Shown: in pieces, positions 10,911-21,604 of the stretch
How positions within the stretch are numbered: the stretch's first letter is position 1
Layout: every line of letters starts with the position of its first letter
Source: Candidatus Hadarchaeum sp.
GTDB lineage: Archaea > Hadarchaeota > Hadarchaeia > Hadarchaeales > Hadarchaeaceae
DNA length: 64,000 bases
NCBI RefSeq assembly: GCF_049969415.1
Contig: NZ_JBMFOX010000003.1
Coordinates: 1-64,000, forward strand
Direction of reading: 5' to 3'
Position numbers and translations under genes: made by a program
The notes under the pieces: model-generated
The model's input: only the letters and a program-made list of their open reading frames with translations
What the model was told of the DNA's origin: nothing
Databases searched by the model: none

Positions 10911-11672
10911 TTGATGTATATGGCGTTTGTACCACCTGGAGCAGGTTATGACAGGGCAATTACAGTCTTCAGCCCAGATGGTAAGCTCTTCCAGGTTCAA
11001 TACGCCCAAGAGGCCGTCAAGCGCGGGCTGACGGCCCTGGGAATCAAGGTAAATGAAGGAGTGGTTCTGGCTGCGGAAAAAAGGGTTCGTAGTAAGCTAG
11101 TGGAGGAGACTTCGATAGAGAAAATCTTTCAAGTGGACGAGCACATCGGGGCGGCGGCATCTGGTCTGATTGCCGATGCTCGCGTTTTAATAGATCACGC
11201 GCGCATAGAGGCCCAGATTAACCGTTTGCGCTACGACGAGGCGATAAGTGTGGAATCTCTTGCCAAGCGCATCGGTGACACCAAGCAGCTCTACACACAA
11301 CACGGTGGCGTCAGGCCATTCGGAGCGAGACTTCTTATTGCAGGTGTCGATAACAAAAAACCGCGTCTCTTTGAGACAGATCCCAGCGGAGTTGTGGCAG
11401 CTTACAAGTGCCAGGCAATCGGTGGTGGAGCTCAAACGGTGACCGATTTCTTTGAAAAGAATTATGACGAGAAGCTTTCGCTTGAAGATGCCATCCTCCT
11501 CGCGTTGGAGGCGCTTCGGTTGGTAGTTGAGGGAGAGTTTACTGAGGAGAACGTGGAAATGGCGGTTATTCCTGCGAAAACAGGGCGTTTTGAGAAGCTG
11601 AGCAATGAGGAAATCGCCAAGTATATTAAGAAGTTGGGCCCTAAGCCGCAGACCAAGTCCGCGAAGGAGTAG
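10911..11672 (+). CDS. psmA: Proteasome alpha subunit
   Basis: GYDRAITVFSPDGKLFQVQYA. Confidence 0.97.
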   Translation: MMYMAFVPPGAGYDRAITVFSPDGKLFQVQYAQEAVKRGLTALGIKVNEGVVLAAEKRVRSKLVEETSIEKIFQVDEHIGAAASGLIADARVLIDHARIEAQINRLRYDEAISVESLAKRIGDTKQLYTQHGGVRPFGARLLIAGVDNKKPRLFETDPSGVVAAYKCQAIGGGAQTVTDFFEKNYDEKLSLEDAILLALEALRLVVEGEFTEENVEMAVIPAKTGRFEKLSNEEIAKYIKKLGPKPQTKSAKE

Positions 11673-11678
11673 CGGGCC

Positions 11679-12371
11679 ATGGTCAAGTTAGAGGACGCTG
11701 TTGTGGCAAGGCTCTCCAGCCACGGGACGACGTTTGAGGTGCTGGTTGATCCCGAGCTGGCGTTAAGCCTCAGACAGGGGGGCACCGTGGATATGCGCAG
11801 CCTGTTGGCGAGCGACAAGATCTTCAAGGACTCGAAAAAGGGTGATGTAGCCTCTGAGGAAATGATTAAAAAGGTGTTTGGAACCACCGACGTTTTCCAG
11901 GTTGCCGAGCAGATTGTGAAACGGGGGGAGGTTCAGGTCACCACGGAGCAGAGACGGAGAATGCGCGAGCAGAGGTTAAGACAGGTGGTGGCCATGATCT
12001 CCAGACGCGCAGTCAACCCGCAGACGGGGCTGCCCCATCCGCCGGCGAGAATTGAGTCGGCGATCAACGAGGCCAAGGTCCAGATAGACGAGTACAAGAG
12101 CGCCGAGGAGCAGCTTCCCAAGATAGTTAAGGCGCTAACACCGATTCTGCCGCTGAAATTTGAGACGAAAAGGGTGGCGATAAGGATTCCGGCCAGCTAT
12201 GTGGGCCGGGTTCAACGTACGGTGAGGGAGTTTGGGACGGTGAAACAGGAACAGTGGCTCAATGACGGCTCATGGGCTGTGGTGGTGGAAATACCGGCCG
12301 GAGTGCAGGGGGAGTTCTTCGACAGGCTCAACGACCTGACCCGCGGTGAGGTCGAGACCAAGGTGTTGTGA
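11679..12371 (+). CDS. Ribosome maturation factor SBDS
   Basis: FEVLVDP, NPQTGLPHPPARIE. Confidence 0.95.
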   Translation: MVKLEDAVVARLSSHGTTFEVLVDPELALSLRQGGTVDMRSLLASDKIFKDSKKGDVASEEMIKKVFGTTDVFQVAEQIVKRGEVQVTTEQRRRMREQRLRQVVAMISRRAVNPQTGLPHPPARIESAINEAKVQIDEYKSAEEQLPKIVKALTPILPLKFETKRVAIRIPASYVGRVQRTVREFGTVKQEQWLNDGSWAVVVEIPAGVQGEFFDRLNDLTRGEVETKVL

Positions 12372-13063
12372 TGATTTACGTTCAGAATAGGGAGATTGTG
12401 GTTCCTGGGCAGTTGATTGCGGAAGGGGATTATCGGCACCTCGAGGGATCTTACCGCGAGGGCGACAAGATTTACTCGGCAGTGGTGGGGCTGGCCGATG
12501 TTAAGGGAGACAAGGTTAGGGTGATCCCTCTCCAAGGACGCTACATACCGCATGTCGGCGATCTCGTCATCGGGGTCGTCATCGACAACCACTCCTCGGG
12601 CTGGATACTCGATATTAACTCGCCTTACACGGCAAACCTGTTCGTTTCCGAGCTGGTGCATCGCAAGGTTGACCTTAACAAAGAGGACATAAGCAAGTTC
12701 CTCAGCATCGGTGACGTGGTGCTTGCCTTGGTTAAGGAGGTCGACGAGTATATGCGGGTGCTGCTGGAAACCCCGGGTCGCGGTATGGGTAAGATCAAGG
12801 GTGGCAAGTTGGTGGAGATCTCGCCGGCAAAGATACCGCGGGTGCTGGGGCGCAAGGGGTCGATGCTTAAGGTGATAGAATCAAAGACCGGCTGTACCCT
12901 TGCCGTGGGTCAGAACGGAAGGATAATAATCTGGGGGAAGGACCCAGAAAGGATTAACCTAGCCGTGGAGGCAATACTCATGATCGAGCGCGAGGCGCAC
13001 ACCTCTGGTCTCACCGACCGGGTGTCGCTCATGCTTGAGAAAGAAAAATCAGGAGGAAATTGA
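12368..13063 (+). CDS. rrp4: Exosome cap protein Rrp4
   Basis: YIPHVGDLVIG, GQNGRI, EAHTSGLTDRV. Confidence 0.96.
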   Translation: MMIYVQNREIVVPGQLIAEGDYRHLEGSYREGDKIYSAVVGLADVKGDKVRVIPLQGRYIPHVGDLVIGVVIDNHSSGWILDINSPYTANLFVSELVHRKVDLNKEDISKFLSIGDVVLALVKEVDEYMRVLLETPGRGMGKIKGGKLVEISPAKIPRVLGRKGSMLKVIESKTGCTLAVGQNGRIIIWGKDPERINLAVEAILMIEREAHTSGLTDRVSLMLEKEKSGGN

Positions 13064-13786
13064 ATGGAAAAACCGGAAAAATTGTTGATAGATGGAAAAA
13101 GACTTGACGGCCGAGCACCTGACGAGCTCAGGCCGTTGAAAATAAAGGCAGGAGTTCTCGAGCGGGCCGACGGTTCCGCATACGTCGAGCTCGGAAACAA
13201 TAAAGTGTTTGCCGCAGTCTACGGACCGAGGGAAATGCATCCGAGGCACGATCAGCAGCCGGACGCGGCGGTGCTGCGTTGCCGGTACAGCATGGCGCCG
13301 TTTTCGGTAGAGGATCGAAAGAAGCCAGGGCCGGACAGGAGGTCGATGGAGATCTCCAAGGTTACCCAGGAGGCGCTGGAGCCCGTGCTTTTCCTTGAGC
13401 TTTATCCGAGGTCGGTCATCGACGTTTTCATTGAAGTGTTGCAGGCTGATGCCGGGACCAGAACTGCGGGAATTAACGCGGCCGCGGTGGCGCTGGCCGA
13501 TGCCGGCGTGCCGATGAGGGACTTGGTTTCCTCGGTGGCGGTGGGCAAGATAGACGATACCATCGTCCTAGACCTCATGAAGGAGGAGGACCAGTTTGGG
13601 ACGACGGACATGCCCGTGGCGATTATACCGCGGAAGAAGGTGGTCACACTCCTGCAGATGGACGGGCATTTCACCAAGGAGGAGTTCAAGCAGGCTCTGG
13701 ACCTTGCCTTCAAGGGATGTGAGAAGATTTATGAGGTGCAACGGCAAGCGCTAAAGGAGAAGTATGCCATTAAGGAGAGCGAGTAG
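13064..13786 (+). CDS. rrp41: Exosome exonuclease Rrp41
   Basis: [25 protein letters not shown]. Confidence 0.97.
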   Translation: MEKPEKLLIDGKRLDGRAPDELRPLKIKAGVLERADGSAYVELGNNKVFAAVYGPREMHPRHDQQPDAAVLRCRYSMAPFSVEDRKKPGPDRRSMEISKVTQEALEPVLFLELYPRSVIDVFIEVLQADAGTRTAGINAAAVALADAGVPMRDLVSSVAVGKIDDTIVLDLMKEEDQFGTTDMPVAIIPRKKVVTLLQMDGHFTKEEFKQALDLAFKGCEKIYEVQRQALKEKYAIKESE

Positions 13787-13788
13787 CT

Positions 13789-14553
13789 ATGGATGAAATA
13801 ATTTCCTGCGTTAAAAGGGATTACATAATCGATCTGGTGAAGCAGGGCAAGCGCGTCGATGGTCGCGCTTTGGACCAGCTCCGGGAAGTGGTGGTGGAAA
13901 GGGGCGTGATAAAGACCGCCAACGGGTCAGCGAAGGTGAAGCTGGGCAAGACCCAGGTCCTCGTCGGTGTCAAGCTGATGCATGCGGAGCCTTTTCCGGA
14001 CACCCCTGGGAGCGGGGTCTTGATTGTGAACGCGGAGCTGCTGCCGCTGGCCTCGCCCACCTTTGAGCCCGGACCGCCGCGCGTTGAGGCCATTGAACTG
14101 GCGCGCGTGGTCGACCGTGGCATCAGGGAATCGGATGCCATTGATTTGGAAAAGCTGGGGATAAAGCCGGGAGAGGATGTCTGGTCGGTTTTCATCGACA
14201 TCGACGTGCTGGATCACGACGGCGGGCTCATCGATGCCTCGGCCCTTGCCGCCATAGCCGCGCTTACCGATGTGAAGCCACCGCAGGATGAGGACTGGAA
14301 GCTGCCGGGATTCCCCCTGTCTAAGCTACCTGTGGCGGTGACCGTGGCCAAAATAGACGACAGGCTGGTGGTCGATCCCTGTTTGGACGAGGAGAGGGTT
14401 ATGGATGCTAGGCTGACGATAACTACCATTGAGGACGGCAGCATCTGCTCCATGCAGAAGGGAGGCAGGGGGTACTTTACCCGTGAGGAGCTGGAGCAGG
14501 CCTATGATTTAGCCAGCGCTAAGGGGATGGAGCTTAGGGAGAAGTTGAGGTGA
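13789..14553 (+). CDS. rrp42: Exosome subunit Rrp42
   Basis: [24 protein letters not shown]. Confidence 0.96.
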   Translation: MDEIISCVKRDYIIDLVKQGKRVDGRALDQLREVVVERGVIKTANGSAKVKLGKTQVLVGVKLMHAEPFPDTPGSGVLIVNAELLPLASPTFEPGPPRVEAIELARVVDRGIRESDAIDLEKLGIKPGEDVWSVFIDIDVLDHDGGLIDASALAAIAALTDVKPPQDEDWKLPGFPLSKLPVAVTVAKIDDRLVVDPCLDEERVMDARLTITTIEDGSICSMQKGGRGYFTREELEQAYDLASAKGMELREKLR

Positions 14554-14557
14554 GCCG

Positions 14558-14818
14558 ATGCCCAGAACCAAGAAGGTTGGGTCAGCGGGCAGGTTCGGTC
14601 CTCGCTACGGCACCAAGGTCAGGAAGCTCGTGGTCGAGGTTGAGAAAAAACTTAAGCAGGATTACAAGTGTCCTAGCTGCGGGGCACTGAAGGTCAGAAG
14701 GACATGTTCCTCAATCTGGCAGTGCCGCCGCTGCGGAGCTAAGTTTGCCGGCGGGGCATACACTCCGGCGGCCGTGGCGGCACCGGCCGAGAAGTCGCCA
14801 CCAAAGGAGGGAGCCTAG
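14558..14818 (+). CDS. rpl37ae: 50S ribosomal protein L37Ae (eL43)
   Basis: [14 protein letters not shown], two CxxC motifs, FAGGAY. Confidence 0.96.
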   Translation: MPRTKKVGSAGRFGPRYGTKVRKLVVEVEKKLKQDYKCPSCGALKVRRTCSSIWQCRRCGAKFAGGAYTPAAVAAPAEKSPPKEGA

Positions 14819-14949
14819 TGTACCGATGCGGTGAATGCGGCAGGATGGTGGAGAAGCTTCCGGAGAACCGGCCGCGTTGTCCCTATTGCGGCTCGAAAAT
14901 ACTTTACAAACCGCGCCGGGATGTTATCCGCAAAGTAAAGGCGCGGTGA
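14818..14949 (+). CDS. rpoP: RNA polymerase subunit P (Rpo12), 43 aa, absent from ORF track
   Basis: Manual translation MYRCGECGRMVEKLPENRPRCPYCGSKILYKPRRDVIRKVKAR; GTG overlaps the rpl37ae TAG. Confidence 0.92.
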   Translation: MYRCGECGRMVEKLPENRPRCPYCGSKILYKPRRDVIRKVKAR

Positions 14950-14988
14950 GCGTTCAATTTGACTGGCTCAAAGATAATTGGTAAAGCT

Positions 14989-15522
14989 ATGCTATTAACC
15001 ACCTCGAGGCGGCCATGCCATCTCGCCCGGATTCTGGGCAGAGAGCTGGCTCGTCTCCTGCCAGACAGCGAGTATGTGCCGCGGGGTGTCAAGACAATAG
15101 AAAAAGTAGCTGCGCTGGCCAGGCAGAGGGGCCACCATCGCGTGATCATCATTAACAGTTCTTCAGATCGACCAAGCGAGATGCGATTTCTTGAAGTTGG
15201 GGGCACCTGGCAGTGGCTGAACGCGTCGATGAAGCTCGCCGGAGTAGCGGTTAATCGGGTAAAGATCAAGGGCAAGAATTTTGGCGGGCTAAAGATTTAC
15301 GCTGGTGATCCGGGTTCTTTCAATTTTTCCCGATGGCTGAGCCGGGTTCTGAGTATCGAGTGTACGGATCGGTTGCCTGAGTCGGGGCCCGTAGTTCTTC
15401 TAACTTCAGACGGTGGCTTAAAAATACGTTTCAGGATCATGCCGTGTGCTGAGGAAGTGGGACCAGTGTTGTCGGTAGCCTCTTTTGGCCCCCTGTTTCG
15501 AGGGGCAAATTTGGAGGTGTGA
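14989..15522 (+). CDS. Brix/Imp4-like ribosome biogenesis protein
   Basis: MLLTTSRRP...YVPRGVKTIE; conserved position after rpoP. Confidence 0.8.
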   Translation: MLLTTSRRPCHLARILGRELARLLPDSEYVPRGVKTIEKVAALARQRGHHRVIIINSSSDRPSEMRFLEVGGTWQWLNASMKLAGVAVNRVKIKGKNFGGLKIYAGDPGSFNFSRWLSRVLSIECTDRLPESGPVVLLTSDGGLKIRFRIMPCAEEVGPVLSVASFGPLFRGANLEV

Positions 15523-15794
15523 TGATGGTGCGCTCCGAGAGGGCCAGCGCCGTGGTAAGGCTGGAGTTTGGGAGCGCCCGTGAGGCTGAGGCGGTGAGAC
15601 GTGCCCTTGCCCCGGAGGAGGAGCTGCCGGCAACCTCCCGGTGCCGGGCAAAGATCTTCCGGAGAGAAAATGATTTATTTTTGCAGGTAGATGCAAAAGA
15701 CACAGCGGCCCTGCGTGCAGCGCTCAACTCGTTCATAAGATGGGCGATTGTTGCGCGCGACATGTTGGAGCCAAGGAGGAAAAGAGATGGATAA
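15519..15794 (+). CDS. pcc1: KEOPS subunit Pcc1
   Basis: DAKDTAALRAALNSFIRW. Confidence 0.9.
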   Translation: MMMVRSERASAVVRLEFGSAREAEAVRRALAPEEELPATSRCRAKIFRRENDLFLQVDAKDTAALRAALNSFIRWAIVARDMLEPRRKRDG

Positions 15795-16152
15795 ACTTTC
15801 GCCGCAGCTAAGGCATCAGCTGGCCCAATTTCAGCAGGCGCAACAGCAGGCGCAGATACTGATGAACCAGCGACAGCAGCTGGAACTGCTGCTGCGCGAG
15901 ACTGAGAGGGCACACGAGGAACTGGCTAAACTGCCCGAAGACACCGTGGTCTACAAGAGCGTGGGGACGATTCTGGTTAAAGTCAACAAGGCCGAGCTTC
16001 AGAAGAGCCTTGCCGAGCAGAAGGAAACACTGGACCTGAGGATCAAGACCTTGGAGCGCCAGAGTGAGCGTGCCATCCAGCGCCTGCGGGAGATGCAGGC
16101 CAAGATTGACGAGGCGCTGAAGGGCCAGGGATCAGAGGGCTTGGCGAGCTAG
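15787..16152 (+). CDS. pfdB: Prefoldin beta subunit
   Basis: Coiled coil with VYKSVGTILVK; gene context. Confidence 0.94.
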   Translation: MDKLSPQLRHQLAQFQQAQQQAQILMNQRQQLELLLRETERAHEELAKLPEDTVVYKSVGTILVKVNKAELQKSLAEQKETLDLRIKTLERQSERAIQRLREMQAKIDEALKGQGSEGLAS

Positions 16153-16161
16153 GCGGGCCAG

Positions 16162-17145
16162 ATGAGGGAGGCGGCAGACTTTTTAATCCAAGCTGCTAGC
16201 AGCGGGCAGCGTATTGTCGTGCTTTGCCACCGCAATGCCGACCCCGACGCCGTGGCCAGCGCCGTGGTTCTGGCCGAGGCTATGGCCGGACTGGGGGGCC
16301 GGGTTAAGGCCGCGGCTGCCGACGATCTCGCAGCGATTTCTGAGGCCGTCTTGAACAGCTTTAGTCGGAAGATTGGGGTGAATCCGGAGCTTGATTTCGA
16401 CTTGGCCATCTTCGTCGATACCTCAAGCTTCGGTCACTTGGGTGAATTCGGCCAGAAGCTTAAGGATTCCGGCATCCCCTTCGCCGTTATCGACCATCAC
16501 AAACCCGTGGAGGAAATGAGGCAGCTGGCAAAGTTCTACTATGTTCGTGAGGACATCACCTCGGAGTCGGAACTCATCTACCGTATTCTGACCGAGATGG
16601 GTGTCAAGCTGACGCCCGACCAAGCCTCGCTGCTGCTGGTGGGGGTCATCAGTGACACCGGCCATTTCAGGTTTGCCAATCCAGACACCTTCGCGGTGGT
16701 GGAGGGGCTGCTGAAGGCTGGGGCGGATTACAATCGGGCGCTGGACCTCCTCAAGCCACCCGATGACCTCTCCCGGAGAGTGGCCATGCTCAAGGCCGCT
16801 GGGCGCTCCGAGCTGCAGCGCATAAACGGTCGCTTGATCGTCTTTTCGGACCTAGGTTCTTTCGAGGGTGACGCCGCAGGGATGTTGGTTCGGATTGGGG
16901 CGGATGTGGCCTTCGTTGGTTCTGAGGAAAAAGGGGAGTTCCGGGTCAGCGGCCGGGCCAGTCCTGAGTTCCTTAAGGAGACGGGGCTGCACCTTGGCGA
17001 GATGATGGAGGAACTGGGGAAGCAGTTCAACGGTAGCGGCGGCGGTCACGCGGGCGCCGCCAGCGTTACCGGCAAAGGCTCGTTTGAGGAAGTGAAAAAA
17101 CAGATTGTCAAGATGCTCCAGAAGAAACTGGTCAAGGCGGAGTGA
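16162..17145 (+). CDS. DHH family phosphoesterase
   Basis: HRNADPDA, IDHH, DTGHF, GGGHAGAA. Confidence 0.92.
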   Translation: MREAADFLIQAASSGQRIVVLCHRNADPDAVASAVVLAEAMAGLGGRVKAAAADDLAAISEAVLNSFSRKIGVNPELDFDLAIFVDTSSFGHLGEFGQKLKDSGIPFAVIDHHKPVEEMRQLAKFYYVREDITSESELIYRILTEMGVKLTPDQASLLLVGVISDTGHFRFANPDTFAVVEGLLKAGADYNRALDLLKPPDDLSRRVAMLKAAGRSELQRINGRLIVFSDLGSFEGDAAGMLVRIGADVAFVGSEEKGEFRVSGRASPEFLKETGLHLGEMMEELGKQFNGSGGGHAGAASVTGKGSFEEVKKQIVKMLQKKLVKAE

Positions 17146-17149
17146 CTCG

Positions 17150-18067
17150 ATGTTCATTCCGAGGGATGTGGTTTTGGAGCTGGAGAAGGCGGGCTATCGA
17201 TTTGTGGGCCGGCACCGCCATGCAGCGGTGAAAGTCTGCCACTGGACGAGAAAAAGCCTGCTGAATCGGGGCAGCTGCTACAAGCAGAAGTTCTACGGAA
17301 TCCAAAGCCACCGCTGCCTGCAGTTGGCGCCCGGCCTGCCCCTCTGCGATCATAGGTGCATCTTCTGCTGGCGCAACATCGAGATAACCAACCCGCGCTG
17401 GGAAGGTGAAACTGACGATCCGGCCGAGATTCTGGAGGAGGCCATTGCTGCCCAGCGGCTGCTCCTCAGCGGATTCGGAGGAAATCCTGAGGTTGATAAA
17501 AAAAAGTTCCGGGAGGCGCTGGCACCAAATCACTGTGCTATTTCCCTAGCTGGGGAGCCCACGCTGTATCCTAAGATCAACGGATTGATTGAGGAGTGTC
17601 GGAGGCGCGGGATGACCAGTTTTCTGGTGAGCAATGGGCAGCATCCCGAGGTGCTGGAACGCTTGGTGGAGCCGACCCAGCTCTACATCTCCCTGGTGGC
17701 GCCAGACCCGGAGAGCTATCAGCGGATCTGCCGCCCCGTGCGGAGCGATGGCTGGGAAAGGCTCAGGCGGAGCTTGGAAATCTTGGCCTCGTTCAGCTGT
17801 CGCAAGGTAATCCGGCTGACGCTGGTCAAGGGCCTGAATTTCAGGGATCCTCAGGCCTACGCGAGGATGGTTGAAGACACTGAAGCCGATTTCATTGAGG
17901 TCAAGGCCTACATGTGTGTGGGCTATTCCCGGAGCCGGCTCGGTCTGGAGAACATGCCGCTCCATTCGGAAATAGTTGATTTTGCACGGGCGGTTGCAGA
18001 GGCCACCGGTTACCGGGTTTCTGACGAGGCGGAGCTCAGCCGCGTGGTCCTCCTCAGCAGACGCTAG
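17150..18067 (+). CDS. taw1: 4-demethylwyosine synthase TYW1/Taw1 (radical SAM)
   Basis: VKVCHWT, CYKQKFYGIQSHRC, CDHRCIFCWR, AISLAGEPT. Confidence 0.94.
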   Translation: MFIPRDVVLELEKAGYRFVGRHRHAAVKVCHWTRKSLLNRGSCYKQKFYGIQSHRCLQLAPGLPLCDHRCIFCWRNIEITNPRWEGETDDPAEILEEAIAAQRLLLSGFGGNPEVDKKKFREALAPNHCAISLAGEPTLYPKINGLIEECRRRGMTSFLVSNGQHPEVLERLVEPTQLYISLVAPDPESYQRICRPVRSDGWERLRRSLEILASFSCRKVIRLTLVKGLNFRDPQAYARMVEDTEADFIEVKAYMCVGYSRSRLGLENMPLHSEIVDFARAVAEATGYRVSDEAELSRVVLLSRR

Positions 18068-18129
18068 TGGGAGACGCAGCCACAAGCCTTGAATAGTTTG
18101 ACCTTTTAGTTAGTGAAGGAGGCGCAAAC

Positions 18130-18732
18130 TTGTTGGAACGGATGAGGGCCTATTTTGACAGCCAGGCGGAGCTGAGGGAGCAAGCGCTGGAGGCCTCGCG
18201 GCAGACGATCCGGGCCGCCGCCAAGGCGATTGCGGCCATCCATCGTGGGGAGCAAACGGCGGCGGACAAGTTCCTTGCCGAGGCGCGGGAGGGGCTGAAT
18301 TCATTGGCGAAGCTGACCGCGGATGCCCCGGAGCTGGCGGAGTCGGGAATCGTGCTTTCAGCCCAGCAGGAGTATGGCGAGGCGGAGATAGTTAGGGCGG
18401 CGATCTTGGGAGGGAAGCTGCTGGAGGTCGACGAGATCGGCATCCCCTACAAGCCCTATCTGGCGGCGCTGGCGGACGCGGCTGGTGAGCTGCGGCGCCA
18501 CATCCTAGATTTAATCCGGGCTAACGAAATCGAGCGCGCTGAGGCCATGCTGAAGCTGATGGAGACCATTTTTGAGTTCCTGATGGAGTTCGATTACGCG
18601 GACGCGGTGCTTCCCGGGATGAAGAGGCGGCAGGACATGTTGCGGCAGGTGCTGGAGAGGACCAGAGGGGACCTGACCTTGGCCCTGAGACAGCAGCGGC
18701 TCGAGCGGGCGCTGGAGAAGCGGGGCGGTTGA
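18130..18732 (+). CDS. Translin/TRAX family protein
   Basis: QQEYGEA and YLAALADAAGELRR motifs. Confidence 0.85.
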   Translation: MLERMRAYFDSQAELREQALEASRQTIRAAAKAIAAIHRGEQTAADKFLAEAREGLNSLAKLTADAPELAESGIVLSAQQEYGEAEIVRAAILGGKLLEVDEIGIPYKPYLAALADAAGELRRHILDLIRANEIERAEAMLKLMETIFEFLMEFDYADAVLPGMKRRQDMLRQVLERTRGDLTLALRQQRLERALEKRGG

Positions 18733-20318
18733 GCTTGAAGTTCGATCTCAGGGAAATCAGGTCAAAGGCCGAGAGTGATTATGAGCGGACTTGGCTGGAG
18801 AGCGGGGAGCTGCTCGAGAAAAAGGGCAGGTTTTTCGCCCTGCAGCAAAAGGCTAAGCCCCATCCGCTGCAGGAGCTGATCATCGAGGTTAGGCGGGTTT
18901 TTCTAGAACTGGGATTCACTGAGGTGGTTTTACCCATTATTGTGGACAAGCGGGAGGTGCAGGCCCAGTATGGTCCCGAGGCCGCCGTCATCCTCGACCG
19001 GGTCTTTTTCCTAGCCGGGCTGGAGCGGCCCGATATCGGCATCGGTCGGAAGAAGCTGCAGGAGATAAAAAAGATTGTCCCGGATTTTGATGATCTGAAA
19101 AAGCTTCAGGGGATATTCCGGCGCTACAAAAAAGGAGAGATAGAGGCCGACAGCCTAGTTGAGGTCATGGCCCAGGAGCTGGGGATCAGGGAAGAACAGG
19201 CCACGGCTGTTCTCTCACTTTTTCCTGAGTTCAAGAAGCTCAGGCCGGTCCCGATGGATCTCACCCTGAGATCGCACACCACGGCGGCCTGGTTTGGCGC
19301 CCTCCGGGAGCTTCAGCACCGGGAGCCGCTGCCGCTGCAGCTTTTCTCCATCGGCCCCAAGTTCCGGAGGGAGCAGAGGCTGGACGAAAGCCATCTTTAC
19401 GAATCCTGGACCGCTTCGATGGTCATCATGGCGGAGAGAATGAGCCTGGAGGACGGGGAGGAGATCACTAAGCAGGTTTTTTCCAGGCTGGGGTTCGACG
19501 AGGTCAAGCTGGTCCGGAAGAAGACCACATCGAAGTACTACGCTCCTCAGACGGAATCAGAGGTCTTCGTCAGGCATCCCAAGACCGGAGAATATCTCGA
19601 GGTCGGCGATGCCGGGTTCTACAGCCCGGTGGCGCTGAGCAACTACGACATCGCCTACCCAGTCTTCAACCTGGGCATCGGTCTGGAGCGGTTGCTGATG
19701 ATCCGGACAGGTGAGACGGATATCCGTCGGCTGGTCTTTCCCTATCTCTATGGCACGGTAAAGTTCTCCGATGAGGAGCTGGCGGCGGCGATAAAGCTGC
19801 AGCGGGAGCCCAGCACCGAGGCCGGCAAAAGGATTGCTGAGGCCATCGTGAGGACGGCCCGGGAACACGCCGACGAGCCGAGCCCCTGCGAGTTCAAGGC
19901 CTACGAGGGTGAGTTGGCGGGCAGGCGGGTGGTCGTGAAAGTTGTGGAGCCGGAGAACAGCACCAAGCTCATCGGCCCGGCTGGTTTCAACGAGATTTAC
20001 GTCTACGACGGCAATGTTGTCGGCGTGCCTCCGAAGGGGTGGGAGGACAACAGCTTCCTGAACGCCGTTCGGAGCCGGGGCAGGGCGACTGGAATTTCGT
20101 ACTTGGCTGCATTCGCGGCTCTGGCGGCCGCGGAGATAGAACAGGCAGCCCAGCGAGGTGAGAAGGAGGTAAAAATCCGCGTTCGGGCGGCCAAGTCCCT
20201 AGCTGACGTTAACCTCAGGCTGGACGAGGCGGCGCAGCGCTACATAACCTCGAACAACAAAAAAATCGATGTCAGGGGTCCGGTTTTCACCACGGTGGTG
20301 GCGGAGTTCAAAACCTGA
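18729..20318 (+). CDS. sepS: O-phosphoseryl-tRNA(Cys) synthetase
   Basis: QYGPEAAVILDRVFFLAGLERPDIG, TLRSHTT, FRREQ, SKYY, KKIDVRGPVF. Confidence 0.95.
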   Translation: MSLKFDLREIRSKAESDYERTWLESGELLEKKGRFFALQQKAKPHPLQELIIEVRRVFLELGFTEVVLPIIVDKREVQAQYGPEAAVILDRVFFLAGLERPDIGIGRKKLQEIKKIVPDFDDLKKLQGIFRRYKKGEIEADSLVEVMAQELGIREEQATAVLSLFPEFKKLRPVPMDLTLRSHTTAAWFGALRELQHREPLPLQLFSIGPKFRREQRLDESHLYESWTASMVIMAERMSLEDGEEITKQVFSRLGFDEVKLVRKKTTSKYYAPQTESEVFVRHPKTGEYLEVGDAGFYSPVALSNYDIAYPVFNLGIGLERLLMIRTGETDIRRLVFPYLYGTVKFSDEELAAAIKLQREPSTEAGKRIAEAIVRTAREHADEPSPCEFKAYEGELAGRRVVVKVVEPENSTKLIGPAGFNEIYVYDGNVVGVPPKGWEDNSFLNAVRSRGRATGISYLAAFAALAAAEIEQAAQRGEKEVKIRVRAAKSLADVNLRLDEAAQRYITSNNKKIDVRGPVFTTVVAEFKT

Positions 20319-21147
20319 AAAGATCCTTGGTCCTCTTGAGCCCGGTTTCGCCGATTTCTGTAGGGTCCCTGCCGGCGAGGTGGTGCAGCTCGACGGTGAT
20401 CCAGCCATCGTAGCCGATTTTTCTCAAGGCGTTGACGATGGGCCTGAAGTTTATCGAGCCCTCTCCGGGCGGCAGGTGGTCGTCGTGCCGGCCCCGGTTA
20501 TCGTGAAAGTGGACGTTGACGATGTGGTCTCCGACCAGCTTTATTTCCTCAGCGATTCTTCTCTCCGGGGAGCTGATGTTCTGCCAGATCTTGTTCAGGA
20601 AGGCGTGCCCCACATCGAAGGTTATCCCCAAGCCGTCGAGCTCTTTGACCAGCGGTAGCATTTCTTGGGGAGAGGAGTAGGGAAATTCCGCCGCCATGGG
20701 GAAGTTTTCCAGGGCCAGTTTCACGCCCCGGCTGCGGGCATATTCCAGCGATTCTTGAGTAAATCTCAGGAAACGCTCTCGTGCCGGAGAAAGAAAATTT
20801 TTCACCCGTGGGAAGGGGCATCTTCCCGGATGGACCACCACAATTTCACCACCTAGGGCGCTGCAGACGTCGATGCTTTTCCTCATGTACTTCAGCGCCA
20901 GCCTTCTGATCGTGCTGTGCCAGCTGAGCGGGTTGAGGTCCCAGATCGGCCCGTGGATGGAGGCGCCTAGGCCGTAGGAGTCAATCAGCTTTTTGAGACT
21001 AGGCAGCACCCTCAGGCTGGTGTTCGGGGGAAAGTTGGGCAAGTCGAAGATTAGCTCCACATGATCGGCGCCGAGTTCGCCGATGTTAGTGATCACCTCT
21101 TCTACCGTGGACTCGGGGAAGAGCAGTCCGGAGAGACCGAATTTCAT
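20308..21147 (-). CDS. Sugar phosphate isomerase/epimerase (AP endonuclease 2 TIM barrel)
   Basis: VVHPG, LALEN, TFDVGH, HFHDNRGRHDDHLPPGEG. Confidence 0.88.
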   Translation of the reverse strand: MKFGLSGLLFPESTVEEVITNIGELGADHVELIFDLPNFPPNTSLRVLPSLKKLIDSYGLGASIHGPIWDLNPLSWHSTIRRLALKYMRKSIDVCSALGGEIVVVHPGRCPFPRVKNFLSPARERFLRFTQESLEYARSRGVKLALENFPMAAEFPYSSPQEMLPLVKELDGLGITFDVGHAFLNKIWQNISSPERRIAEEIKLVGDHIVNVHFHDNRGRHDDHLPPGEGSINFRPIVNALRKIGYDGWITVELHHLAGRDPTEIGETGLKRTKDLFRF

Positions 21148-21156
21148 GGCACCACC

Positions 21157-21576
21157 TTAGGGCTCAAGCACGTAAGGATTGAGCACGCCTTGATTTAACA
21201 GGCTGTGGTCCATTTTTCTTTCTAGGTTAAAGCCCAGCGTCTGAATTAAAATTTCGCAGAAGACGGTGACTACCCCCTCCACGAGATGTCCGGTCATGAC
21301 AGTCTTTTCGTTTCCTCCGGCGATGTGTAGGTGGACTTTGACTTTTCCCTCGGCACGGCTTATGTTGCCGTTGCCGATGATTTCGAGGTGTTCGTTAAAT
21401 TCACCCTGGCAACCACGTCGGAAGATGAGAGTGCCGCTCTTAAGCGCTCCCACGGCCGACAGGATGACGCCGCCGGTTACCCCTTCATGGGAGCAGATCC
21501 TCTCTAGCGATTCGATAATTTTTTCATCCTCGTCCAGACGGGCCACGATGAAGTTCTGAAGTCTGCGGTATTTCAA
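21157..21576 (-). CDS. PPC domain (DUF296) protein
   Basis: SAVGAL, HLHI, GHL motifs. Confidence 0.85.
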   Translation of the reverse strand: MKYRRLQNFIVARLDEDEKIIESLERICSHEGVTGGVILSAVGALKSGTLIFRRGCQGEFNEHLEIIGNGNISRAEGKVKVHLHIAGGNEKTVMTGHLVEGVVTVFCEILIQTLGFNLERKMDHSLLNQGVLNPYVLEP

Positions 21577-21604
21577 GCGACCACCTAATTTAGTGATACT
21601 CCCT

